This document shows positions 22,974 through 34,343 of a stretch of 64,000 bases of DNA, piece by piece. Below the pieces are notes generated by a model. That model was not told the origin of the DNA. It saw only the letters and a list, made by a program, of their open reading frames with translations, and searched no databases. Source of the stretch: Octopus sinensis (lineage: Eukaryota); contig NC_043005.1 of the NCBI RefSeq assembly GCF_006345805.1, forward strand, positions 35,526,001-35,590,000, written 5' to 3'. Every line of letters starts with the position of its first letter. The first letter of the stretch is position 1. Both the position numbers and the translations under genes were made by a program.

Positions 22974-23744
22974 TACTTGTATGTATATATATATATACAT
23001 AAATCCACACACATATTTATAAAATTAGTCGACAAATACTGCGTAATTAACCTAGGCACAAGCCAGTTAGTCTGTTCACAAATGTAATTGTGAAGAGAGA
23101 ACTCATGGTTTTTCAAGCATGAAACGAATGAATAAAGACTGAATAACAATATCAAAATAACATAAAATAACAATAAACTTAATAAAGATTAATATAAGAA
23201 AAAAACTAGTGATAAAAAAACAACATAGGACTTTATCATAGAGCAGAATAAAGAGCATTACTAAACAACAACAACAACAACAATAATAATAATAAAAACA
23301 ATGATAATAACATTTATTTTTATTTTTTATATAGTACGCAGTTGAAACAAAAGAGTAGAACAGTTATAAATCAAAAATTATAATAAAACAAAGCATCATT
23401 GTAAGTTGTAAGTAAAGCATGTGTTTCTAAGTGAATGGATTTATCTGAATGCGTAGGCACAGAGTATTTTATGATTGGTTAATTTGACGACGTTGATTGA
23501 CCGGAGGTTGATGGGGGGTTAAGTGGTGTGTTAGTTAGCTGGCTGGTTTGTTAATATTTTTTTTTTTAGAAAAGATTAATTTGTTTGTGGTTGATTTCTT
23601 TCTTCATTTTCCCAAAAATGTCGTGTTTAGTTTACACTGCGTGCGTGTGTGTGTGTGTGTGTGTGTGTGCGTGCTGTATACAATTTTTATTATCATACGC
23701 TTATTTCGTGTTCTTAATGAACGAGGAACAAATTCATGATTAGA

Positions 23745-23777
<33 letters not shown>

Positions 23778-24069
23778 ACGACGACGACAATGGTACTTTC
23801 TTGTAATGATGGCGATCTTTAGAGGACAGTGATGATGGTGGTGATGATAATGGTGATACTACTGGTGGCGATGGGAATAATGATCGCAACATTCTTTGTA
23901 CAGAAAAAAAAATTGGCGGTCGAAGATTAAAAATTCTTTGAATGCAACTAACCATCCATGATTGAAGACCAATACCTCAGGTTCAATTGTGTTGAGTTTA
24001 TTTCGCCCAAGAATTTCGTTATTTGTTACATGCACTTGTAAATGTGTATGTGAGGTATATATATACATG

Positions 24070-24600
24070 GACGCACTTCGCCCCCTCTCCCTTTCTAATT
24101 AACACTCGGTGCAGATCATCATGATACTGGTAACTTTTTTCCAATATTCTGATGGCATCCAGTCCTCCATGTCAGTTCACTTATTCTCAACTACAGCTTT
24201 AATTTGTATGTTTTGTAACGCCATTACTTGTCACCAATACATGAAGTTGTTCGCCTTCAGTCACGAACTTAATAGCTGCAGTTGTTTCCCTCTGTGGCGG
24301 TGTTTCTTGAGCCTTTTTGGTTCCAGGATGTGTTGCAAGATATATTGTAAGAACTTTGTCATGACACCGCTTGTATCTCCCTTGAATAAGTGCGATTTTG
24401 CAACCAGAGTGCCCTTTTCTCCACAAAGTCAACACAGCTGCTTCTCTTTCGAACTCCATTTGTGCAATTTTGTTGGTATTAGGAGTGAGTTACACATCGC
24501 TCGCAGCGGGAAGGAGATACGGAGAGGTTCCAATCGCCACTGGTCTGTCCATGTGACGTTCTACTAGTGTAGGTCCCATTTAGTCCAGGCTCCCTAAGAT
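24070..24600 (-). mobile_element. Tc1-like transposon 5' remnant
   Basis: MEFEREAAVLTLWRKGHSGCKIALIQGRYKRCHDKVLTIY resembles the Tc1 paired-HTH N-terminus. Confidence 0.45.
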
Positions 24601-24648
24601 ACCAGCTTCACTGCTCTTGACCTACACACACACACACACACACACACA

Positions 24649-24729
<81 letters not shown>

Positions 24730-25844
24730 GCGACTCCGGGTCATCAGCGTCACTTGGGCTCTTCACAGATTTCGTCACTCGACCTAATCAGAGACTTTGC
24801 ATAGAACACATGCTCGCTCGAAGAATTTCGCGTTTTCCCGCTTTATTTCTTGTCCCCAATGGCATATTTTTTATATCTAGCACTATGTCTTTTTCCATTT
24901 CTAAGTTAAGGGTGAAAATAACGCAACCCTGCAAAACACAACTAATCTTTACACACAGACGCACAGAATAACAGCAATCAAATAACGACAACGAGTGCAC
25001 AGTAAACACCAGCGATCTGACTGTCGCCTGTACTCTTGACAAGAGATACCAGTTAGTCTTTCACACCTACCCGGCCCGTTCGTATTAGCCTGAGTTGCTG
25101 GATAATCTTTTGCTCCTTTAAGAATTTGGGGGAATGCAAACTTTTCATAGATTGAAATTTAAATCCTAATCTCCATAGAAATGTATTGCTTCAAGAAAAC
25201 ATTGAATTTTAATTACGTTTACATTTTACGATTATATATAACAGCTCGGGCTGTAACTTCTGAGCCCGAGTCAGGCGCATGTGAACGATATCGAAAGAAC
25301 GTCTGCTACGAATGATATTTTTTAACACATGGTACCTCTAAGACGACCGCCAGACGCTGAACGAAAATAAATGAACTGCGACCAGGTTCTACAAAATGAG
25401 CTCGAGTGATTGGCTGAAATTACGTACTTGAAGGTAGTCTTGGCAGAAATTAAATCAAGAAACAATAAACAGGTGTGTTAGTTTAATGTTCAGGAAGAAC
25501 GGGAAAAGTCCTAGAGTCTTAGAGGTTACGAGCCTACGCTCTTTATATATATATATATATAAAGTTTACCAAAAAGTACGTCGAAACAATGCATTGTCCA
25601 AAGATGATTAGGGTAAATGTTTTTAATATTCCTTTGATTTCTGAATTACTACTATTTAGCGGTTTGAGTATAGCTGCTCGTTTTAGTGAGTTGAATGGCC
25701 TATTAAGGCCATTCCTTAATATTATTGTTGAATGTATATTATATAGTCTTTTGACTATTTTTTCTTTCTCACTAGACCGCTGGTGGCGAAAAAAAATTTC
25801 TATTGAATTTTTTGCTACCCTTATATTGATTAATATATATATAT

Positions 25845-26102
25845 AACAATTGCTGCTTGGAAGGGTGTTTGTAAGACATTTAAGAAACACACAAAAGCCG
25901 TTCGATTCACTTTAACATTTAAGTTTAATTTGTCAAAATATTTTCGTCGCTGAAAAATTTTGACAAATTAAACTTAAATGTTGAAGTGAATCGAACGGCT
26001 TTTGCGTGTTTGTTAAATGGCTTACAAACACCCTTCCACGCTGCAATTGTTTTCGTTCCAGCACACGATTTCAGATCAAATCACTTGCTATGCAAGTACA
26101 TC

Positions 26103-26105
<3 letters not shown>
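25845..26105 (+). mobile_element. second copy of the Penelope-type short element, foldback form
   Basis: About 100-bp inverted arms (25845-25945 and 25952-26051) around GTCGCT. Homologous to 10835-11088 and flanked by (TA)n. Confidence 0.8.
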
Positions 26106-26137
<32 letters not shown>

Positions 26138-26499
26138 TATATATAATATATATATATTATATATATAATATATATATAATATATACATATTATACAATAT
26201 ATATATATATACATATACATATATATATATATACATATACATATATATATATACATATACATATATATGAGGTGTGTGTGTGTGTGTATTATTTATCTGT
26301 GTCTATATGTTTGGATCACCGCGTGTCCTGTGACTCCAACGCTACAGGAGTTTAACTAATATTCTATTATTCATGATTTCTTTTATTAAACTCAGTTTCT
26401 TATTCTGATATTTTGTTATTCTGCAAATCTTTGTATTTGTTAAACTTCCATAACCTTCATGCTTATCTGACCAGAAAAGTTACAATTAAATTTAATGTT

Positions 26500-26870
26500 T
26501 CTTTGTTTCAGTTATTTGAATTCGGCCACGCTGGAACACCCTCTTTAGTCGAGCAAATCGGCCCCCCCAGGACTTATTCTTTGTAAGCCAAGTAGTTTTT
26601 CTATCGGGCTCTTTTGCCGAACCGCTAGGTTACGAGGACGTAAACGCGCCAGAGATATTGGGGGCGGGGGACAAACACAGACACACATATACACACTCAC
26701 GTACATATACGACAGGTTTCTTTCAGTTTCCGTCTACCAAATCCACTCACAAGGCTTTGGTCGGCCCGAGGCTATAGTAGAAGACACGCGGTGAGACTGA
26801 GCCTGGAACCATGTGGTTGGTGAGCAAGCTACTTACCACACAAGCAAGCTACTTACAAGTCCTGCGCCTA
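26500..26870 (-). mobile_element. SINE family A
   Basis: Reverse-complement match to the family A head, body and tail. Confidence 0.85.
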
Positions 26871-26890
26871 TATACGTATACATATATATA

Positions 26891-26959
<69 letters not shown>

Positions 26960-27221
26960 GTATGTATGATGTATGTATGTATATATATATATATATATAC
27001 ATACATATATACCTACAGTATATATATATGTATGTATATTTATCTATATCTATATACATATATATATGCATACAATCACGAAAATACAGATATATACATA
27101 CATTTATTACATTTATGTATATATATATTTAATATATACATATATATATGTATGTGTATGTATGTGTATGTATGTGTATGAATGTATGTATGTGTATGTA
27201 TGTATGTAGTATGTATGTATG

Positions 27222-27288
<67 letters not shown>

Positions 27289-27413
27289 GCACACATGCAT
27301 TGTGTTGTTGCATAGAATACGTAAACATAAGATATTTAATATGTACGTGCTTATACTAAAATACATCCCTTCCCGTATTATGCATACTAATGAAAATGTA
27401 TATTTATTCAATA

Positions 27414-27767
27414 CTAGCAGTATCGCCCGGCGTTGCTCTGGTTTGTAAGGGAAATAACTATAAAGCATTTTTAGAGAGTTATAGCCAAAAAACAGCAAAA
27501 AAATGATGGTAAATTTTTTTTTGATAGTTAAAAAAGGTGGAGTTGCGTCCCCTACACAGTTCGTGGTTCGTGTCGAATTTATCGATTTTTTTCAGAACTG
27601 GGGGAACTTTTCAAAATTTTCGCTGCGTTAGTTTTGAATTATGACATTGGGCTATGTGTGTGTCAAGTTTCATCAGAATCGGTTGAAAGCCGTGGTCAGG
27701 GTGAGGGTACAAGCAAACAGACACACAGAAACACGCACAGACAAACTGCCGTTTATATAGAGAGAGA
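27414..27767 (-). mobile_element. non-autonomous Helitron
   Basis: The minus strand starts TC and ends with a GC hairpin plus CTAG before T. Second copy at 59094-59455. Confidence 0.8.
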
Positions 27768-28825
27768 TGACACACTCATATACATGCACACATACAAACA
27801 CAAACACACATACATACACAAACATGCACTCCAACTTCACCGGCATTCAAAGTGTCACACGAAGGCTTTTCCAAATTAATTTCGAAGTTTCCTTATTTAT
27901 TTATAAATTCATGAAATGATTTGGAAATTCTAAGGAAGTTCGCCATTGCAGGAATCCCTTCTCACCTAAATCGCACCTTAAAAACCGTGCGTCATTAGAA
28001 CCACCACCACCACCACCACTCTAAATAACTACACTATATTAAAGAATCGACTAGGGAGTTTGGATGCAGCGCTTGATGTGCGAAATATAGTAGCCAAATC
28101 TTCAAATGTCAGCTTACTGGTAGGTGGTAATTCTCGATAATGCTAATCTAATATCACAATAAATATGTGTAACGGTTATGAAAAAGGAACAAAAAAACAT
28201 TTGTTGGGGTAGCCATGGCTAGAATGCTTTTGATTATATATCTATTTGATCACAGCTGACCATGGGCTAAAGAACCACAACAACAGGAACAACATCAAAT
28301 TAATTTGGTCGGGGTGGTACGGAGCAGAGTGGGGGTGGGGGTTTGGGAGAGTTATTAGCTGTTTATCCATGCTCAAGCAATTCAGCAAATAAATTAATTA
28401 GAAAATAGCAAATGTGGCACAGGTAGGATAGGGGTGTGTAGGGTGGTTACAATAAGTTTACACCTGGCTTCATCATTACGTCCAATTTGCTTTTTGGCAG
28501 GTATTTCGCTATCTTGTTCCGTCTAAATGTCTACTTAAGTCTTTTCTCTTTCTCCATCCTTTCTCCCCCTTTCTCTCTCTCTCCCCCCCTTTCTCTTTCT
28601 CCCTTCTCTCTCCTCTTCTCTCACATCCCATCTTCCACTTTCTCTCTCTCTCTCTCTCACTCACTCTCTCTGTAAGTTTCTTTCTCTCTTTCCATTTATT
28701 ATTTATTTAATTTCTATCTTGAAAACTCAATTATATAGTCCTCTTACCATAAATCTTCAAATTCGAACATTTCCAGCCATATTCACCCGCTCTCTCTCTC
28801 TCTCTCTCTCTTACACACACCCAAA

Positions 28826-28861
<36 letters not shown>

Positions 28862-29294
28862 AACAAATACACATGCGCATACACATATACATGTGCACAC
28901 ATGAGCGCACATTCATGCACACACATATACATGCATATGCACACTCATACACATACATACAAAGACAAGTACACGTAACTACATACATACAAACACTTTG
29001 ATGCACTCATACACAGATATACACATACACACACATACATATGCTCACACTGAGATACATACACAAGTATGTACTATGCACACACACATACACCTATACA
29101 AACACACACACACGCACACACTCACACAGACACATACGCATATTTATGCTTACACACAGAGATACACACACGCACACACATATACACACACCATATATGC
29201 ATTCACACACATATACACACGTATACACACACACCACATATGCATTCATACACATATACACACGTACATACACACACACACACTCTCTTTCTCC

Positions 29295-29327
<33 letters not shown>

Positions 29328-29454
29328 ACACGCGCACCTTCATTGTAGTCACCTCTGAGAAAGGCTGGCACCAACCCTACGCAATATCAACACACCTATC
29401 ATCACTATCAACCTTATTGCTTCTATAACACCTGCATAACAACACCGCCATCAT

Positions 29455-30197
29455 TATTACACCCGACACCACCACCACCACCACCACCACCACCACCACC
29501 ACCACCACCACCACTACCACCACTACCATCACCACTACCATCACCACCACTACCACCACTACCATCACCACCACCACCGCCACCACAACTACCACTACCA
29601 CCAGATCCATCACCACCAACAACCACCAACACAACCACTACCACTACCACTACCACCACCACTACCTTCAACACCATCACTACCACTAACATAACCACTA
29701 CCAATAACCCCATCACTACCACCACCACCACCACCACCACCACCCACTCCCACCATAACCACCACCTCTGACGTCGTCACCATCTCCTCTATCACAACTA
29801 CAACCATAGCCATCATTAACACCACCACGCCCAAACCATAACTGCCATCGGAAGCAGCACCTGCGGCGCCACCACCGCCGTAACAATACCCACAGTGACT
29901 GCTGCTGCTGCTACTACCGTTGCTGCCATCACTACCACAACTACCATTAGTACCATCGCTGCAATCGCAACCGCAGCCACTGATACCTTTTACTACATCA
30001 TTGTTATCACCACCACCACCACCACCACCATCACAAACATCACCAAAGTCATGACCATCACCATCACCACAAGCATCATCATCAAATCCGACACCATCAC
30101 CATTATCATCACCGATACCGTTACCACCATCACTATCACGAACATCACCACCACCATCATGACCATACCAAACATCATCGCAATCACCACCACCGCC

Positions 30198-30250
<53 letters not shown>

Positions 30251-30355
30251 TACTACCATCAGCATCCACACCATGACCACCATCACTAATATCACCCTCG
30301 CCACAATCCCCACCATCACCCTCATCATTGTCATCACCACCATCATCAACACCAT
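29455..30355. repeat. long degenerate (ACC)/(ATC)/(ACT) triplet repeat
   Basis: Direct reading. Source of the poly-V/T/G/D ORFs. Confidence 0.9.
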
Positions 30356-30509
30356 TAGAGATCTCTACAAGCTCGCTGGACCTGCTAGAAATTGTAGCTA
30401 AATCTTTCTCTCAACTCACATCATACCGTCTTAGGAAAGAAGTCTTTGGATAATATTATCCCGGTCCTTTACTCTTGACAGGACTGAACGCGAAAATGCA
30501 AAGGAAACA

Positions 30510-30675
30510 AAGAATTTGTGTGGTAAAAAGCTTGCTTTCCAACCACATGGTTCCGGGTTCAGTTCCACTGCGTGGTACCTTGGACAGGTGTCTTCTACTA
30601 AACCTCGGACCCACCAAAGCCTTGTGAGTGGATATGGTAGTTATATATATATATATAATATATATATATATTTAT

Positions 30676-30728
<53 letters not shown>

Positions 30729-30995
30729 ATATATATGATATATATACACTGCATATTTATATTTATATATATATATATGTATTTGCGTGTCTGTGTTTCT
30801 CCCTTCCCCCGTCCCATCGCTTGATAACCGATGTTTATGTGTTTACGTCCCGTAACTTAACGGTTCGGCAAAACAGACCGATAGAATAAGTACTAGACTT
30901 ACAAATAATAAGTCCTGAGGTCGATTTGTTCGATTAAAGTTGGTGCTCCAGCATGGCCGCAGTCAAATGACTGAAACAAGTAAAAGAATAAGAAG
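30510..30995 (+). mobile_element. SINE family A
   Basis: Head, internal (TA)n and tail GGTGCTCCAGCATGGCCGCAGTCAAATGACTGAAACAAGTAAAAGA. Confidence 0.9.
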
Positions 30996-31122
30996 AATAA
31001 ATAAATAAGAAGAAAGAATATTCGTCGACATATCGTGCTGTGCTGACCAATTTGAATGTTAGATAATACATCGCATCGGAATTGATTGTTTTTCACTCCG
31101 TGACCTTTTTTGTATGAAATAG

Positions 31123-31243
31123 GTACGGCCGAGTGCTTGAGGTTTTCGGCTGACCATCATACACTCGTGGATTCAATACGTGGATCGTCGTATCCTCGAT
31201 TTAGACATTCCATGTCACAGCGCACCAGTCTCCTCTGGCAGAT
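31123..31243 (+). CDS. candidate internal exon of an unidentified host gene
   Basis: CpG-rich unique island with an acceptor after TTTTTTGTATGAAATAG and a strong AT|GTAAGT donor. One frame is open throughout: TAECLRFSADHHTLVDSIRGSSYPRFRHSMSQRTSLLWQ. Confidence 0.35.
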
Positions 31244-31428
31244 GTAAGTGAGTCTTCTCTTGCACCGGTTGTCGTTTCCTTAATGTTCTACTTGCAACTA
31301 CACGAGTATCTTAAACATTTTGCGAAAGAACGGTATAGGATATAAACCATACTCGCTAGTCTCTCTCTCTCTCTTTGTATGTTTGTATGTATGCATTATA
31401 TATGTATGTATTTATGTATGCATGTATG

Positions 31429-31468
<40 letters not shown>

Positions 31469-31471
<3 letters not shown>

Positions 31472-32614
31472 TTATATATATAAAACTGAGAATGTGTGTC
31501 TGTCTGTCGGCCAGTCTGTGTGTTTCCCTAAAACTTGAGAACTACACAACCAATTTCATTCAAATTTTACACATGCCTTACTTAGGGTCCGGGGATTGTC
31601 ATCGGCAAAAATATTTTGAACTTTTTGCCTAGGGCGAGCTCACAACAATATCATATCTTCTCCACTACGATTCCCTAAAACTTGAGAACTACACAACCAA
31701 ATCCATTCAAATTTTACACATGCCTTACTTAGGGTCCATGTAGTTTCATGGGCAAAAAAAATGTTTAACTTCTTGCCTAGAGCGAGCCCATAGCAATATC
31801 ATATCTTCTCCACTATTTCAGTATTACGTGTTAAAAGTGAAACAAAAACGTTTCTCTTTCTATTTTATGTCAGATACTTTCACTTTAACAATAAAAATAA
31901 TAATAACAATTGAATTATATGTGGTAAGTAATAATTAAAATCAAACTAAAGTAACATGACAAAAGTAAAAATAGCAATTGGTATAAGATTGCATCAATGA
32001 TTTGAACTTGAATAAGTGGTTTCACGTGAATGGGAATAAATCAAAAATAAAATTAGCGTGCAGAAATGGAATAGTCCAGATGGATAATAAAAAATTAAAT
32101 TAAAGAAAAGACTCTTGTCTATAAAGTATACAATGTAGAAAAAAAAGAAGACTTGAACACCTGGAGGAAAGCACCTCCGAAAAGTGTCTTGGTAAATTCG
32201 CCACAATAGAAGCAAGGTTCGAGTCAACGGAGCATGCAAGGGAGTACTCGAATTGAACTTGCAAAGTGGAAATATTTTATTTTTACCTTTATATCTGGGA
32301 CGTAGGACGTCCCGGAAAAAAATTTAAATCCCCCCCCCCACCCCAGAAGTAGAGGTAGGCTGGATTGTAGCCACACTTCTATACAAGAGGGAGGACAAGA
32401 TACAATTGATCGAAATTACAAGAGACGGGCTAACTTCCAGTCTGTTATATATTTTGAGTATTGTTATCACTAGCGATATCAAGATATAACTTTGTTTTTG
32501 TATTTTATGTGTAGATCTATTATATAGATGTAACATGTAATATGTACACATATATATACACATATATACATGCACTAGCACTATGACCCGGCAACGACGG
32601 GTCTTTAATGCTAG
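31469..32614 (+). mobile_element. non-autonomous Helitron with 147-bp internal tandem duplication
   Basis: Starts TC after A and ends with hairpin GACCCG-GCAACGA-CGGGTC then CTAG|T. The duplicated unit starts at 31524 and 31671 (TTCCCTAAAACTTGAGAACTACACAACC). Confidence 0.7.
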
Positions 32615-33122
32615 TATATATATATATATATATATATAAATATAGGGATGGTATTATTAAGATACCATCACAAGTGGTAAGTGAATTATCAGCCGTACAG
32701 GCAAATTAATAAAATATATATATACAATATTAGATATGTACATATATACACAAGAGTACTACATGAGTACCTATATCGCTAATGATAGAAGTCAAAAAAT
32801 ACTTCTGTACCACCGAATAGTCACAAATCTATTACAGAGAAGATAAGAAAAAATTATAATATCTATATATATCTATTTATATATATATATATATATATCT
32901 ATATATATATTATAATTATATATATCTATATTATAATATATATATATATCCTAATTATATATATATATATATTATATATATATCATATATATACTATTAT
33001 ATATCTATATATGAAAAAATATCATATTATATTTATATATATAATATCTCGATCATGATAATATATTATATAATATAGATATATATATATATTAGGACTA
33101 TCAATATATCATTTATATATAT

Positions 33123-33727
33123 GTATGTGGCAAAGTAATTTATTTTACTAAGCCCTTATATATAATGTAATATTTTGGAATTCGCCTATAATGGTCCCTT
33201 TACATACTGAATACTTGGTGAAATTGATTAATAATTAATTAATTTTACCCTCAATTGTTGAAATTATAATTCATCTCTCTCTGCTAAATGCTGCGGTTTT
33301 CACCGTTAATACATGGTGTTTGTCAATTTTAACCCACGCTGGTGGAAAGGGGAGAGCAGAAATTCTTCGCTTGCATATTCGAATTTGATAGCACTTTTAG
33401 TTCGAGCAGGATTCTAGAGGTGATTAGAAGCCAAAGGGTATGCTCCCGACTTTCAGTGTTCCCAAATCCGATTCAAGGAATTCTGAGCTGAAGAAAGAAA
33501 TGTCGAATTGACTAATCTAGAAACGTACGTTCTCAAATAACCTTTGCACTTGATTTTTTAATGTTTTTTCCCCCATACTTTTGTGAGTTGGTTAGTAGGC
33601 AAACACTATCTGAGAGAGATCTTCTTTAAGTATTGGAAATAGCTGAAGAAATTTCTTTAGCTGCTATTTCTAATGAGTTCAGTATGTGGCAAAGTAATTT
33701 ATTTTACTAAGCCCTTATATATAATGT
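33123..33727 (+). mobile_element. 559-bp unit bounded by 46-bp perfect direct repeats, probable Penelope-type terminal repeat
   Basis: GTATGTGGCAAAGTAATTTATTTTACTAAGCCCTTATATATAATGT at 33123-33168 and 33682-33727. Contains an HHR fold and sits in TA-rich DNA. Confidence 0.6.
33475..33544 (+). ncRNA. putative minimal type I hammerhead ribozyme (canonical core, degenerate stem II)
   Basis: TGAG-CTGAAGA-[AAGAAATGTC GAATT GACTAATCTA]-GAA-ACGTACGT-T-CTCA. Palindromic helix III ACGTACGT. Stem I extends in register through AAGG/CCTT. Confidence 0.55.
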
Positions 33728-33819
33728 TATATATATATATATATAAAGAGAGAGAAAGAGAGAAACGAGAGAGAGAAAGAGAGAAACGAGAGAGAGAAAG
33801 AGATAGAGAGATGTATCTG

Positions 33820-34265
33820 TGCGATAAGAAGCTTGCCGTATATATATAAATATATATCTCTCTGTGCATGTCTCAATGTCTATATTTGTCTGCCTCACCG
33901 CTTGGCAACCGTGTTTTTACGCCCCCGTAACTTAGCGGCTCAGCAAAAGAAACTGATGGCATAAGTACCAAGTAAAAGATATAGGCGTAGATCCATTATT
34001 CTGGGTTCACCTTGGGCAAGTGTCTTCTACTATAGCCATGGGAGTGGATTTCGTAGAAGGAATTTACGAGTGTGTATTTGTGTCAGTGTTTATCTCCACG
34101 TCGCAGCTTGACAACCAGTATTGGTGTGTTTACATCTCTGTAACTTAGTGGTTCAGCAAAAATGACTGATAGAATAAGTACTAGGCTTAAAAACAATAAG
34201 TCCTGAGATCAATTTGTTCGACTAAAACTCCTCTAGGCGGTGCTCCCCGCAGCCAAATACTGAAA
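33820..34265 (+). mobile_element. two SINE family A fragments
   Basis: Tail fragment at about 33820-33990 and a body/tail copy at about 34005-34265. Confidence 0.7.
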
Positions 34266-34312
34266 CATATATATACATATGTGTGTGTGTGTGTGTGAGT
34301 GTGTGTGTGTGT

Positions 34313-34343
<31 letters not shown>

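Noticed and set aside
24788-25042. Minus-strand 84-aa ORF (MEKDIVLDIKNMPLG..)
   Set aside because: No recognisable domain. It is possibly the 5' region of a mobile element, but I cannot support that.
25525-25544. GAGC-GTAG-GCTC hairpin followed by GTAAC on the minus strand, like an HHR stem II
   Set aside because: It is truncated by (TA)n where the core should be, and GAAA is not intact.
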